Below are positions 8,880 through 18,551 of a DNA stretch of 64,000 bases, piece by piece. Position 1 is the first letter of the stretch; each line of letters begins with the position of its first letter. Position numbers and translations under genes: made by a program. The notes under the pieces were generated by a model. The model was not told where the DNA came from and did no database searches. It saw only the letters and a program-made list of their open reading frames with translations. Location of the stretch: the NCBI GenBank assembly GCA_964623205.1, contig CAZUQX010000004.1:38064-102063 (forward strand). Reading direction: 5' to 3'. This DNA comes from an uncultured Candidatus Bathyarchaeia archaeon (GTDB lineage: Archaea > Thermoproteota > Bathyarchaeia > Bathyarchaeales > Bathyarchaeaceae).

Positions 8880-11849
8880 ATGAATCAAAAAAAGCTAATG
8901 ATGATTTTGGCGACTACAACAATTATGGTAATGCTATTAGTTCCTATGCTAGCTTCTCAGTTAGCAGTTGCTGCAACTTATGATTCGGAGTATATGACAG
9001 TCGATGGAGTGCTAGATACCGACACGTACGTGCTCTGGCCATTTGATGACTCAAAGAGTCTGAAGGTCGGCTTCTCCAAATATGGAGAGATGATTGACCG
9101 GAACACTAAGGTCGGGATAGAATACGGCGGCGCAAGTGGTACTGACCCCTTCGCTACTGATCCAGCTACCGTTGCAGAATACGAGTGGGTTGAAGGCTGG
9201 ATATGTGACATCACCTACGAAGCGGGCGGAGTATACAAGAACATATGGGCACTTGCTCTTCACAGCGACTACTACAACACCTCCAGTATTGGCGGGGATT
9301 GGGTTGAAGGCGTCACGGGTGGTCCCACTAATCTCGCCTTCTTAGGCGGCAGGAAGACCAACGGCGGTGCTGCAACTGACCCCATCACAGTGTTGTACGA
9401 CGGACCTAGGCGGTTTGTTGGCTTATGCCATACGATTATCTACGAGGATGTCGACCACCAGTATCCATTGGTTAGTGTAACCATCACTGTGGTCTTCAAC
9501 AAAGTCAAGAAGCAGGTAATACTGTACAAGGATATCAAACGGTTGGATAATAGGAAATCTGTAGGAAACATGCAGGTCGAGTTCAGTGAAAGGGGCGAAT
9601 ATGACCTTGGCGCAGGAGCTCCACCGAAATCGTATGCATCCATCACCCAAAATATGACGACAGTTTACGATGAACACTATCAAGGCTGGTACACTGGTAG
9701 CGGTATGGAAGGCAAATATGATTTGCTTCAAATTATCGACGATGACATGGAATATGTTGCGTGGGCAGCATGGTGGCCAAAGCCTATTACTACATATGTT
9801 GAGGCTATCCATCTGATTGGTAGAGACACCATTCTTAATACGCTGACCACCCACGAGGAAACATGGACCGGCGACGGTGAATCGACTGATTACCTAATAG
9901 ATGATCATGAGCCAGTGAAAGAACCGTTCGATAGTGAGGACGGACTCTGGAGCGAGGATCCGATGGTGTTCGTAAACAACCAATATCGAATACAAGGTAC
10001 ACATTATTCATACAATGATGCAACTAATACAATAACGTTCTACCCCGCGTACATACCAGCATCTGGAGCCACAGTTAAGGCTGTGTACAAGTATGATGCC
10101 GATAAGAACGACATGAGCGAGGAGGTAGGCGTACCCTTTGCAAGCGCTGGCTGGGCCTTTGTGATGGACGAAACTACCGACCAGTTCCGTGCGGTAACCG
10201 TTTATGGAGTCTGTGACTACAACGACGGAACCGACGCAGACATGGTTGGTGAATCCACTAACACTATTGATACTGAAGTATGCTATTACATGGATGAGAC
10301 CTTTAATCCCTACGACCTCAAGCAAGCAGTTCACAAGGATACTAGACGATGGGTGTACAAAACTTCAAGCTTTTCCGGAAGTTCAATCACACTAGCAAAT
10401 GCGCCGATGGACCCATATCCATACCCAGTCTGGGATGAATACTGCACTTTTGCTGAAAGAGTGCTAGTTAATGGCGTTCTACAGGTACCCCAGAGGGCAG
10501 GCAGATCCTCGTATGACTACACCTTAAGCGTTAGCGCCACAACCGGCAAAGGCACCATCAACTTTAAGACTTCGAAGTCTGGAGTAGCGTTGAAGGTGCT
10601 ATACTCCACTCTACCCGAATGGAGTGATAGCGACACTGTCGAGCTTACTGACTATACTAACAACATGGCAAATGACACATCGGCGACTACTGTAAGTACA
10701 ACAATGGCTGAGTCAGGCCTGTTAGCGCCTATGGACCCCTTGGGTCTAAGTATGCGCCACAACTACACAGGCATGGATCCAACAGTGGTGATTGGAGGTA
10801 CCCAGCTTAACTTCACCGAAACAGTTAGCTTCAGTTATGCAATTGAAGTCGACGACTTCAAGGTGCTATATGATCCTAACCTTGATCCAGACGACGACGT
10901 CGATGCTCAAATATACACCTACGACACCATGAATGAAACAAGCGCTAACTTCACAGCAGCAGTGGCCGCCAGCGGTTACCGTTGGTTCGAAATAGATGCA
11001 GATTACGAAAACACTGTTGTCGACGATCTGTATATCCGAGTGACTCTAGATGTTACTGTAACACGTTGGCTAAACGCAACACACTCTTGGACCAACGTTA
11101 CATGCTCTCCAGAAATCTACTACTCCTATAATGCACACCAAGAGGGTGCATACGAATGGATGGTCGTGGGTAAAGACGCTGCAACCATCGACTCTGCAGG
11201 CGCAGCCTACATGACTCAAGCCTTTGACTCCAAGAAACAAATCCATGTCCAAGTCACAGGCTTAGACATCAAGGATGAAACATGGGGTCCAGAGGTTCCA
11301 AACGTCATGGCAGGAGCAACAACAGGCACTAGGACAGACTACTACTATGACTACCCAACCGACATGAGATGTGGTCTACACGACGACTGGTGCACAACCT
11401 GGCCAGTAGCCAGCAGCAACATGCTCTTCTCAGGCGGACCACGCGCAAACCTGGGAACAGAATACTTCAACGAATTCACAATGGCATTCTACGCATCAAA
11501 CGAATATGTAGTCAACAACACTGGACACCAAGATGAAATCCTAGCACTATCCTGTTGGGACAAACACTCCTACGGCGCCGGATACGCAACAATATCCGTC
11601 TACAAAGACCTCAACGGAACCATAGGCTTCCTAATTTGGGGTGTTGACGGGCAAGACACATACTTTGCAACCAAATGGTTCTGGGAATCAGGAATCTACT
11701 ACCTACAACAAGAGAACGACGGCGTCACTGACATAATACTAAAAATAAACTACGCAGCACACCCACCAACAATCAGCATAGTTGAACGCTTAGGCACAAT
11801 CAGCCACAAAGAACAACACGACTGTCCACCAACAGAATTCATACCTTAA
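8880..11849 (+). CDS. Secreted large surface protein, candidate S-layer/surface glycoprotein
   Basis: N-terminal signal/TM KKLMMILATTTIMVMLLVPMLASQLAVAA. No enzymatic motifs seen. About eleven N-x-S/T sequons by manual reading, mostly in the C-terminal half. Sits within the glycosylation island and is followed by a C-run/T-tract. Confidence 0.5.
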   Translation: MNQKKLMMILATTTIMVMLLVPMLASQLAVAATYDSEYMTVDGVLDTDTYVLWPFDDSKSLKVGFSKYGEMIDRNTKVGIEYGGASGTDPFATDPATVAEYEWVEGWICDITYEAGGVYKNIWALALHSDYYNTSSIGGDWVEGVTGGPTNLAFLGGRKTNGGAATDPITVLYDGPRRFVGLCHTIIYEDVDHQYPLVSVTITVVFNKVKKQVILYKDIKRLDNRKSVGNMQVEFSERGEYDLGAGAPPKSYASITQNMTTVYDEHYQGWYTGSGMEGKYDLLQIIDDDMEYVAWAAWWPKPITTYVEAIHLIGRDTILNTLTTHEETWTGDGESTDYLIDDHEPVKEPFDSEDGLWSEDPMVFVNNQYRIQGTHYSYNDATNTITFYPAYIPASGATVKAVYKYDADKNDMSEEVGVPFASAGWAFVMDETTDQFRAVTVYGVCDYNDGTDADMVGESTNTIDTEVCYYMDETFNPYDLKQAVHKDTRRWVYKTSSFSGSSITLANAPMDPYPYPVWDEYCTFAERVLVNGVLQVPQRAGRSSYDYTLSVSATTGKGTINFKTSKSGVALKVLYSTLPEWSDSDTVELTDYTNNMANDTSATTVSTTMAESGLLAPMDPLGLSMRHNYTGMDPTVVIGGTQLNFTETVSFSYAIEVDDFKVLYDPNLDPDDDVDAQIYTYDTMNETSANFTAAVAASGYRWFEIDADYENTVVDDLYIRVTLDVTVTRWLNATHSWTNVTCSPEIYYSYNAHQEGAYEWMVVGKDAATIDSAGAAYMTQAFDSKKQIHVQVTGLDIKDETWGPEVPNVMAGATTGTRTDYYYDYPTDMRCGLHDDWCTTWPVASSNMLFSGGPRANLGTEYFNEFTMAFYASNEYVVNNTGHQDEILALSCWDKHSYGAGYATISVYKDLNGTIGFLIWGVDGQDTYFATKWFWESGIYYLQQENDGVTDIILKINYAAHPPTISIVERLGTISHKEQHDCPPTEFIP

Positions 11850-11875
11850 AAAAGCCAAACAAGTCGCAAAAAAAT

Positions 11876-11893
11876 CCCCCCTTTTCTTTTTTT
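11876..11893 (+). terminator. Oligo-T archaeal-type terminator after the surface protein gene
   Basis: ccccccttttctttttttt immediately downstream of the stop at 11849. Confidence 0.45.
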
Positions 11894-12089
11894 ATATATT
11901 AAATACCCTTTTTCTCACACAGAAATTATAGCATACCTTTTCAATCGCTCACAAAATATGAAAAATCCACCTCACTTGCAAGGGTGAATAAAACACAAAT
12001 TTATCCTATTTTATAAATAAACTACCTTTAGATAGTAGTACCAACGTGAATCTGGCAAAAGAAATCAGTAACGAAAGGTAGTTCACCAA

Positions 12090-13244
12090 ATGATCAACAT
12101 ACTGGTCCCCTCCGCATCCCACCTCCTAACAGACCACCTCCTATCCAGCGAAGGAATCACATGCTACAACCTCTTCCAAAAACTAGAAAAACTCAACTAC
12201 CACTTCGAAGCAATCAGCCCCCAAATTCACATAAAAAAACCCTTAAACAACACAACACTCCACCAAACAGGCTCCTTCAAAACATCACCAACCATGAATC
12301 CCATCAAAAAATATCTCAGCCACATAGAAACTCTAATCCGCACCTACCGAAAATCTCTAGAAATCCTGCAAAAACAAAAAATCGACATAATACACCACAT
12401 GCTACCCGCCATCTACAACCAAACCTTCAACCCTCTCGCAATCCTCAAAAAAACCAAACAACCATTCATCTTCGGTCCAATATCCGCCCACATCTACCCA
12501 AGACCCATAGACGAAAAAATTCTGTCACACATAACGTCCAAACTCCACAAAAAAACAATCCAAAAATGCCACAGACTAATAACAATCACAAATCACGTAA
12601 AAAAGCTCTACCAAAACTTCTTCGACGAAGAAAAAATAATCACCATCCCATTAGGAGTAGACACAGCCCTCTTCAAACCCCCAAAAACCCAATTCCAGAA
12701 AAAAAACCCTGAAATACTCTTCGCAGGCTACCTCTACAAACTAAAAGGAGCAGAATACCTACTAAAAGCCACACAACTAATAGCGAAAAAACACAAAAAC
12801 GTAAAACTCAGAATAGTCGGAAACGGCCCCGACAAACCGCGCCTCATGAAATTAACCGAAACCCTGAAAATAGAAGACAAAACAATCTTCGAAGGTGAGG
12901 TCCCACACACAGAAATACCCAAATATTACCAGCAATGCGACATCTTCTGCTTCCCAACGCTCGGAGAACCCTTCGGAAAAGCCATAATAGAAGCCATGGC
13001 ATGCGCAAAACCAGTCATCGCATCAAACATCGGAGGACCAACAGAAATAATACAAAACCAAAAAACAGGACTGCTTGTGCCTCCAGCACAACCCAAAATT
13101 CTCGCCACAAAAATCCTAGAACTACTGGACAACGAAACCAAAATGAAAAACATGGGAACAAACGCAAGAAAAACTGCCATAGAGAAATACTCTTGGGAAA
13201 AAATAAGTGAAAAGTACCATAGCCTCTACAAAACTCTCAACTAA
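12090..13244 (+). CDS. Glycosyltransferase family 4
   Basis: C-terminal GT4 core FCFPTLGEPFGKAIIEAMACAKPVIASNIGGPTEIIQNQKTGLLVPP. The coding strand is extremely A+C-rich (see findings). Confidence 0.8.
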   Translation: MINILVPSASHLLTDHLLSSEGITCYNLFQKLEKLNYHFEAISPQIHIKKPLNNTTLHQTGSFKTSPTMNPIKKYLSHIETLIRTYRKSLEILQKQKIDIIHHMLPAIYNQTFNPLAILKKTKQPFIFGPISAHIYPRPIDEKILSHITSKLHKKTIQKCHRLITITNHVKKLYQNFFDEEKIITIPLGVDTALFKPPKTQFQKKNPEILFAGYLYKLKGAEYLLKATQLIAKKHKNVKLRIVGNGPDKPRLMKLTETLKIEDKTIFEGEVPHTEIPKYYQQCDIFCFPTLGEPFGKAIIEAMACAKPVIASNIGGPTEIIQNQKTGLLVPPAQPKILATKILELLDNETKMKNMGTNARKTAIEKYSWEKISEKYHSLYKTLN

Positions 13245-13267
13245 ACACACTTTTCAAAGAACCGTTT

Positions 13268-14752
13268 TTATCCTTTTACCACTCCTATCGGAACCAACCG
13301 GACAACACGAGTCGCTATCCCAACCTTGTCGCTCACATCCACCACCATATCGACATTCTTATACGCTGGATCAGCCTCTTCAGCCAAAACAACCGAACTG
13401 GCAGCTCTAACAACAATCCCTCGACCCTCCAAACCCTCCTTCACGTCTCCCCCCCAGAACCTCCTCTTCGCAGCCGACCGACTCATCACGCGACCAGCGC
13501 CATGAGCCGTAGAACCAAAAGAAACCTCCATCGCCTTAGTCGTTCCCACCAAAAGCCATGAACTTGTACCCATACTTCCCGGAATAATAACCGGCTGCCC
13601 CACAGACCGATAATCAGCAGGAACATCCCTATGTCCAGGCGGAAAGCACCGCGTCGCCCCTTTTCTATGAATCCAAACTTTAGTTCGCTTTCCATTCACC
13701 TGATGTTCTTCGATCTTTGCAATATTGTGAGCAACATCATAGACCAAATCCAAACCAAAATCGTCTGACGGTCTCTTTAAAACCTCTTCAAAGCTCTGAC
13801 GAACCCAATGAGTAATGACTTGACGATTGACGAAAGCATAGTTGACAGCGCAGGCCATAGCTTGATAATAGTCTTGAGCCTCGTCGCTGGTGGCAGGCGC
13901 ACATGCAAGTTCTCGATCAGGTAACGAAATATTGTATTTCTGGACAGCCCGTTCCATGACACGGAGATAATCCGAGCACGTCTGATGCCCAAATCCGCGG
14001 GAACCACAGTGGATCAAGACGGTAACTTGCCCTTCATGAGTAACGCCGAAGGTTTTAGCCACTTTCTGATCGTAAATTTTGTCAACCTTCCCGATTTCTA
14101 GGAAATGATTTCCTGAACCGAGGGTACCGCTTTGAGGAAGCCCCCGTCCCTTAGCTCTGGATGAAACCTTATCCGGGTTGGCGCCTTCCATCTGCCCCCC
14201 TTCCTCGCAGTGCTTGGCGTCTTCGGGTCGCCCTAACCCTTTTTTCACCGCCCACGATATTCCTTCAGTAATCAGCTGTTCAAGCTCATGTATGTTCAGG
14301 CGGAAGTCTTTACGGCGACTACCGAGTCCGCTGGGAACGTTCCTGAATATGGTGGTGGTGAGAGCTGCAAGGTAGGGTCGAATATCACCCTCCGAAAGGT
14401 TGGTGGTTAACAGACGGACCCCACAGTTGATGTCGTAGCCCACTCCCCCCGGGCTTATAACCCCCTCCTCATAGTCTGTAGCCGCAACCCCGCCTATGGG
14501 AAAACCGTATCCTTCGTGACCGTCGGGCAATGTAACAGCATACTTGTAAATGCCTGGTAAGTGAGCGACGTTGGCGCACTGATCGAGGGTTCGATCCGTT
14601 TTTATCTTTTGTATGAGTTGTTCGTCGGCAAAGACCATGCCAGGAACGCGCATACCGGACTTGTAACTTGTGGGTATGCGCCAGCTGTAATCATTAATCT
14701 TCTCGAGGGGAACATCTGATGCCTGCCCTCGGAATCTTCTTTGCCCACTCAT
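13268..14752 (-). CDS. rtcB: RNA-splicing ligase RtcB
   Basis: 494 aa with GYDINCGVR, GSGNHFLE, HCGSRGFGHQ and AHGAGR motifs. Length is normal, so no intein. Confidence 0.93.
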   Translation of the reverse strand: MSGQRRFRGQASDVPLEKINDYSWRIPTSYKSGMRVPGMVFADEQLIQKIKTDRTLDQCANVAHLPGIYKYAVTLPDGHEGYGFPIGGVAATDYEEGVISPGGVGYDINCGVRLLTTNLSEGDIRPYLAALTTTIFRNVPSGLGSRRKDFRLNIHELEQLITEGISWAVKKGLGRPEDAKHCEEGGQMEGANPDKVSSRAKGRGLPQSGTLGSGNHFLEIGKVDKIYDQKVAKTFGVTHEGQVTVLIHCGSRGFGHQTCSDYLRVMERAVQKYNISLPDRELACAPATSDEAQDYYQAMACAVNYAFVNRQVITHWVRQSFEEVLKRPSDDFGLDLVYDVAHNIAKIEEHQVNGKRTKVWIHRKGATRCFPPGHRDVPADYRSVGQPVIIPGSMGTSSWLLVGTTKAMEVSFGSTAHGAGRVMSRSAAKRRFWGGDVKEGLEGRGIVVRAASSVVLAEEADPAYKNVDMVVDVSDKVGIATRVVRLVPIGVVKG

Positions 14753-14856
14753 AAAATCACCTTTAACTAAAGACTCGCGTAAGGAACTTATAAACTATGA
14801 GTGACACATCATATACCCTGAAAATTTTCACTCTCTCGTGCGCACACAAAATAATC

Positions 14857-15981
14857 TCAAGTATATACTGACACTAGAGTTTTCTGTTTATTTCGGTCTG
14901 ATTTGAAGTCGTCTAGCCAACCAGCTTTTGCATTTATCTTACGCTTGAATATTTTACCCAATTTTTTTCTGTTTTTGGCTTGATGGTATTTGAAGTAAAC
15001 CTCATTGTCAACAATGCCCAAGACCTCAATTTTACCAGTTTTGTGGGACATAATGTATCTGAAGCGTTTACTGGGTCCATTGCATCTTGCTTTCGCTTTC
15101 TCTATAATGTTGACGCCTTCGCATAGTGGAACTTGAAACTGCTTTTTAACTCTCTTGACAGGTCTGCACTGAAAAACGTAGTAAGGATTAACACCTATGC
15201 CGACCAGTTTGTTCATTAATTCTGCAAGTGTTTCCGCACTGTCGTTGACCCCTTTGAGTAGAATTGTTTGGTTGTTAACTACCACCCCTGATTTAATCAG
15301 GTTGTCTACAGCCTCGATTGACTGTTTAGTTATCTCTTTGGGATGATTGAATTGAGTAACAACCAATAGCCTTCTCTCTGGAGTAGAATATTTAGCCATT
15401 AATTCTAGCAGTTCATTGTCTCGGAATCTTGAAGGAAACGTGACTGGAGCCCTACTACCAAACCTAACGAAATCAAGATGAGAAATGTCAGATAGCATTG
15501 ATAAGAATCGTTCAATAATCTCATTAGGAAGCACAAGGGGGTCGCCCCCAGAGATCAACACATTATTAATCTCTGTATGGTGCCTTATGTAACGCACTGG
15601 GGCTTCGAAATCTTCAATTATCTCCCTAGTTTCTCGTCGTCCAACGAGTCGTTTTCTAAAGCAATGCCTACAATACATTGCGCATCTATTTGTGGCAAGT
15701 ATTAGTGCAGTTTCAGAGTATTTGTGTTGAAGCCCCCGCAGTTTTGTATTTTCCACTTCGCCACTAGTATCATAGGAACCTTGCAGATTCAACTCGTCTA
15801 GTGATGGAATAGCCATTTTTCTTATCGGATCAGCGGTATTGCTCCAATCAATAAGCGACATGTAGTAAGAAGTTACTTTAATTGGATGTCTTGCAGTAAC
15901 TCGTTTAAGTTTCTTCATTTTTTCCTGTGATATGTCAACATACTTGCTTAATTGTTCAATTGAACATATTGCCCCGCTCAT
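14857..15981 (-). CDS. KamA-family radical SAM protein (lysine 2,3-aminomutase-like)
   Basis: CxxxCxxC cluster CAMYCRHCFRKR, ISGGDPL, and the C-terminal KamA-like region PYYVFQCRP. Confidence 0.75.
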   Translation of the reverse strand: MSGAICSIEQLSKYVDISQEKMKKLKRVTARHPIKVTSYYMSLIDWSNTADPIRKMAIPSLDELNLQGSYDTSGEVENTKLRGLQHKYSETALILATNRCAMYCRHCFRKRLVGRRETREIIEDFEAPVRYIRHHTEINNVLISGGDPLVLPNEIIERFLSMLSDISHLDFVRFGSRAPVTFPSRFRDNELLELMAKYSTPERRLLVVTQFNHPKEITKQSIEAVDNLIKSGVVVNNQTILLKGVNDSAETLAELMNKLVGIGVNPYYVFQCRPVKRVKKQFQVPLCEGVNIIEKAKARCNGPSKRFRYIMSHKTGKIEVLGIVDNEVYFKYHQAKNRKKLGKIFKRKINAKAGWLDDFKSDRNKQKTLVSVYT

Positions 15982-16491
15982 TTAGTTCTCATCTCCTGAA
16001 TCATTCACAAGTCGATTAGTTACTGTGTTTGTTTTTGCTTGTAAAATCCGCCACGAAGCTCGACCAATATCATAAATGAAGATAAAGATTACTCCAACTG
16101 CAATCATTACTATCGCTGCTACCAGTCCAGTTCCAATATTAACAGAAATTTTCAAAAGAGGAATTATGGCAGCAGTTGCCAAGATTATAACTATAATAGC
16201 CACCAAATCTTTTACCACTCTATCTCTGGACCACTGTTCTTGTATGCCCAAACGCGTAATGAAAAGACCTATTGCTTTGTCGGCTATAACCAAAATATTG
16301 GACAATGCTCGTATCAGAAAAACTCCCGCAATAAGGACAAAAACTAGCCAAGACAAATAACCCACACCCTCAATCATCGTATCCAATAGGAGCGAAGAGA
16401 ATAAGCCTAATGCCCAAAAAACCAGAGCTAGAGCCGTGTTAGCTAATAAACTGGGAAGCTTATCCCTGAATTCTTGACGGAGAGAGTTCAC
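15982..16491 (-). CDS. Small polytopic membrane protein, unknown function
   Basis: 169 aa with about 4 hydrophobic helices. Its stop codon directly abuts the kamA-like start (TAAATG). Confidence 0.45.
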   Translation of the reverse strand: MNSLRQEFRDKLPSLLANTALALVFWALGLFSSLLLDTMIEGVGYLSWLVFVLIAGVFLIRALSNILVIADKAIGLFITRLGIQEQWSRDRVVKDLVAIIVIILATAAIIPLLKISVNIGTGLVAAIVMIAVGVIFIFIYDIGRASWRILQAKTNTVTNRLVNDSGDEN

Positions 16492-16797
16492 ACTTATCCA
16501 ATCCTAACCTCAATCTCTTTCTATTAGTGTCGAATTTCTGATATGCAACAGGTTACAAAGTAATTGCGTGCGTACCGTATCGACGACAACTACTGGAAAC
16601 GAGTTATATCTTCATGTTCTCGCGAGGGTTTATAACCTTTAACCCTGACAAGCCTCGCCGTTAATCAATATCTTAATGGGTTGTCTCTTACCCACTTAGC
16701 CGTGTTTTATTTTTCATGGAATTACGGCTTACGTATTAAACCACAATCTTTAAGAACCGCTTCTATTCAATGAGCATGTAAATCGGATGTAAATGAA

Positions 16798-17295
16798 ATG
16801 TCAGTTGAAGAATCATCTGAAAGTGAAGAATTGGTGAAGATAGAAACGCTGACCCCAAATTCGAGGGGTGTCAACACTATTGTGAAGGTAGTTTCTAAAG
16901 GTGAAGTCAGAAGCGTCACGGGAAGAGATTATTCTGTTCGCAGAGTTGCAGATGCCTTGGTGGGAGACGAAACCGCATGCGTATACATGACCCTTTGGGA
17001 TGATAAAATAGACGCGGTAAACGAAGAAGCCACCTTGCGAATCACCAACGGTTACATAAACCTCTTCAGAGGAAACATGCGCTTGAACATTGGGAAATAC
17101 GGTAGTTACGAGGTTCTAGAAGATTCACCGATCACGGAAGTCAACACTGAGAACAATCTGTCCGACAAACGCTACGAGCAAGAGAGACGATTCGGAAGAG
17201 GCGGCGGATACGGCGGAAGAGGCGGCGGAAGAGGCGGCGGAAGAAGCGGCGGATACGGCGGAAGAGACGGCGGATACCAGCGAAGAAGATACTAA
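16798..17295 (+). CDS. ssb: Single OB-fold ssDNA-binding protein, crenarchaeal type, with RGG/GYGG C-terminal tail
   Basis: ALVGDETACVYMTLWDDK...ITNGYINLFRGNMRLNIGKYG resembles the Sulfolobus SSB OB fold. Tail is GRGGGYGGRGGGRGGGRSGGYGGRDGGYQRRRY. Confidence 0.75.
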   Translation: MSVEESSESEELVKIETLTPNSRGVNTIVKVVSKGEVRSVTGRDYSVRRVADALVGDETACVYMTLWDDKIDAVNEEATLRITNGYINLFRGNMRLNIGKYGSYEVLEDSPITEVNTENNLSDKRYEQERRFGRGGGYGGRGGGRGGGRSGGYGGRDGGYQRRRY

Positions 17296-17389
17296 AAACT
17301 TTTTCCCCATTTTCTTTTTTTGTTGTTCGCGCCAGTTGTACTAAGCTAAAATAGCTGATGCTTTTCGGCTCAACAGGTCGTCAGATTGT

Positions 17390-18412
17390 TTATGTTTGTC
17401 TTGGGGTTTTTTTGAATAGTTGATAGATTTGTCCAGTGCAGAAGGAAAGGGTTCTGAAGATGTCAATGATGGGGAATATGATGATTCTAGAGAATTTTTT
17501 GTTTTTGAGTGCTCTGTATGCGTAGATTGACATTACCATAAGTAAAGGTAAGCCTGTGAATCCGAATAGTAGCCAGCGGAAAAGGCTGGAATTTGAGGTG
17601 AGAGTTAGAACGGTTAGGGATCCGGTTATTAGCAGCCAACTTATGAATCCCATTAGTCCTAGAAAGGACCATTTAGAGACGGCGTCTTTCAGTTTTTTCT
17701 GTTTAAGCACCATGCCGCTTCCTTTGCCGTACTGAAAGTTTTGTTTCAGAAATTCTTTAAGGGTTGATCTGTGTTTGTGCCAGACTAAAACATTGGGGTC
17801 CAGAACCATTTTGTAACCAGCCTTGCACACTCTGTCGGCGAACTCGACTTCGTCGAAGCCGTATTGAATGTTTTCGTCAAAGTATCCGACTTCTTCGGCT
17901 ACTTTTCGTCTAAAAGCCATGTTGCATCCTGCTGGATGGCGGAAGAAGGGTTTTACCTTTTCGAGTTCTTCTCGTTTCGTGAAGAAGGGCATCAGGCGTA
18001 CTATGCTGTTGTCGGCGTATTGGGAGATGAAGTCGTTGTCAAGGGCTTTTGCGCTTCCGCTCACGCAGCTGACTTTGGGGTCTTTGAAGTTCTCGACAAT
18101 TTTTGTTATCCAGTTGCTGGGCACTACACAGTCAGCGTCGGTGAAGGCTACGATTTCGCCGTTGCCGCACTTTATCCCCGTGTTTCTCGCGATGTTTAGT
18201 CCTTTTCTTCTTTCAACAATCAATTTCACGGGATATTTTTTGACTATTTCCCGGGTTTTGTCTGTTGAGTTTCCGTCGACTACAATCACTTCTACTTTTT
18301 TTCTGTCGTAGTCCAGCCTTTGAAGAGACTCTAGTAGAGGCTGGATGGTCAGTTCCCCGTTTCGTACAGGAACAACCACAGTGACTGAGGGGGGTGTTTT
18401 GTAGTCTTCCAT
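17390..18412 (-). CDS. Glycosyltransferase family 2 with C-terminal TM helices
   Basis: VTVVVPVRNGE...VIVVDGNSTDKT...AFTDADCVV (DxD) plus C-terminal hydrophobic helices. Confidence 0.8.
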   Translation of the reverse strand: MEDYKTPPSVTVVVPVRNGELTIQPLLESLQRLDYDRKKVEVIVVDGNSTDKTREIVKKYPVKLIVERRKGLNIARNTGIKCGNGEIVAFTDADCVVPSNWITKIVENFKDPKVSCVSGSAKALDNDFISQYADNSIVRLMPFFTKREELEKVKPFFRHPAGCNMAFRRKVAEEVGYFDENIQYGFDEVEFADRVCKAGYKMVLDPNVLVWHKHRSTLKEFLKQNFQYGKGSGMVLKQKKLKDAVSKWSFLGLMGFISWLLITGSLTVLTLTSNSSLFRWLLFGFTGLPLLMVMSIYAYRALKNKKFSRIIIFPIIDIFRTLSFCTGQIYQLFKKTPRQT

Positions 18413-18551
18413 TAAAATCGCTTCTCTTCCTACGTAGCGTAGAATCCACTCAAACCAATTTATTATTTACGCCAAAAAAGGCTTAAGTTAGCCTAATAAT
18501 CTTCTATGGAACGAGAAAACGTGCTGGAAAAGGTAAAACTTCGGTTCCACT

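Noticed and set aside
9423-9854. 143-aa minus-strand ORF inside the surface-protein gene
   Set aside because: It is fully embedded antisense in a much longer, coherent ORF, with no supporting signals.
12161-12712. 183-aa ORF in an alternative frame of the GT4 gene
   Set aside because: It stays open only because the strand is depleted in T and G (few stop codons are possible). The product is low-complexity P/K/N/H/T-rich, and the overlapping frame has clear GT4 motifs.
16492-16797. Replication origin in the rtcB-side/ssb divergent spacer
   Set aside because: No ORB-like inverted repeats, mini-ORB clusters, marked AT-rich unwinding element or adjacent orc1/cdc6 are found. It is retained only as a low-confidence hypothesis tied to the skew switch.
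17200-17292. Tandem GGCGGCGGA-type DNA repeat / RGG tail of SSB as a novelty, plus the antisense ORF 17125-17310
   Set aside because: Glycine/arginine-rich flexible C-tails are a known property of crenarchaeal-type SSB. The antisense ORF is a repeat artefact.
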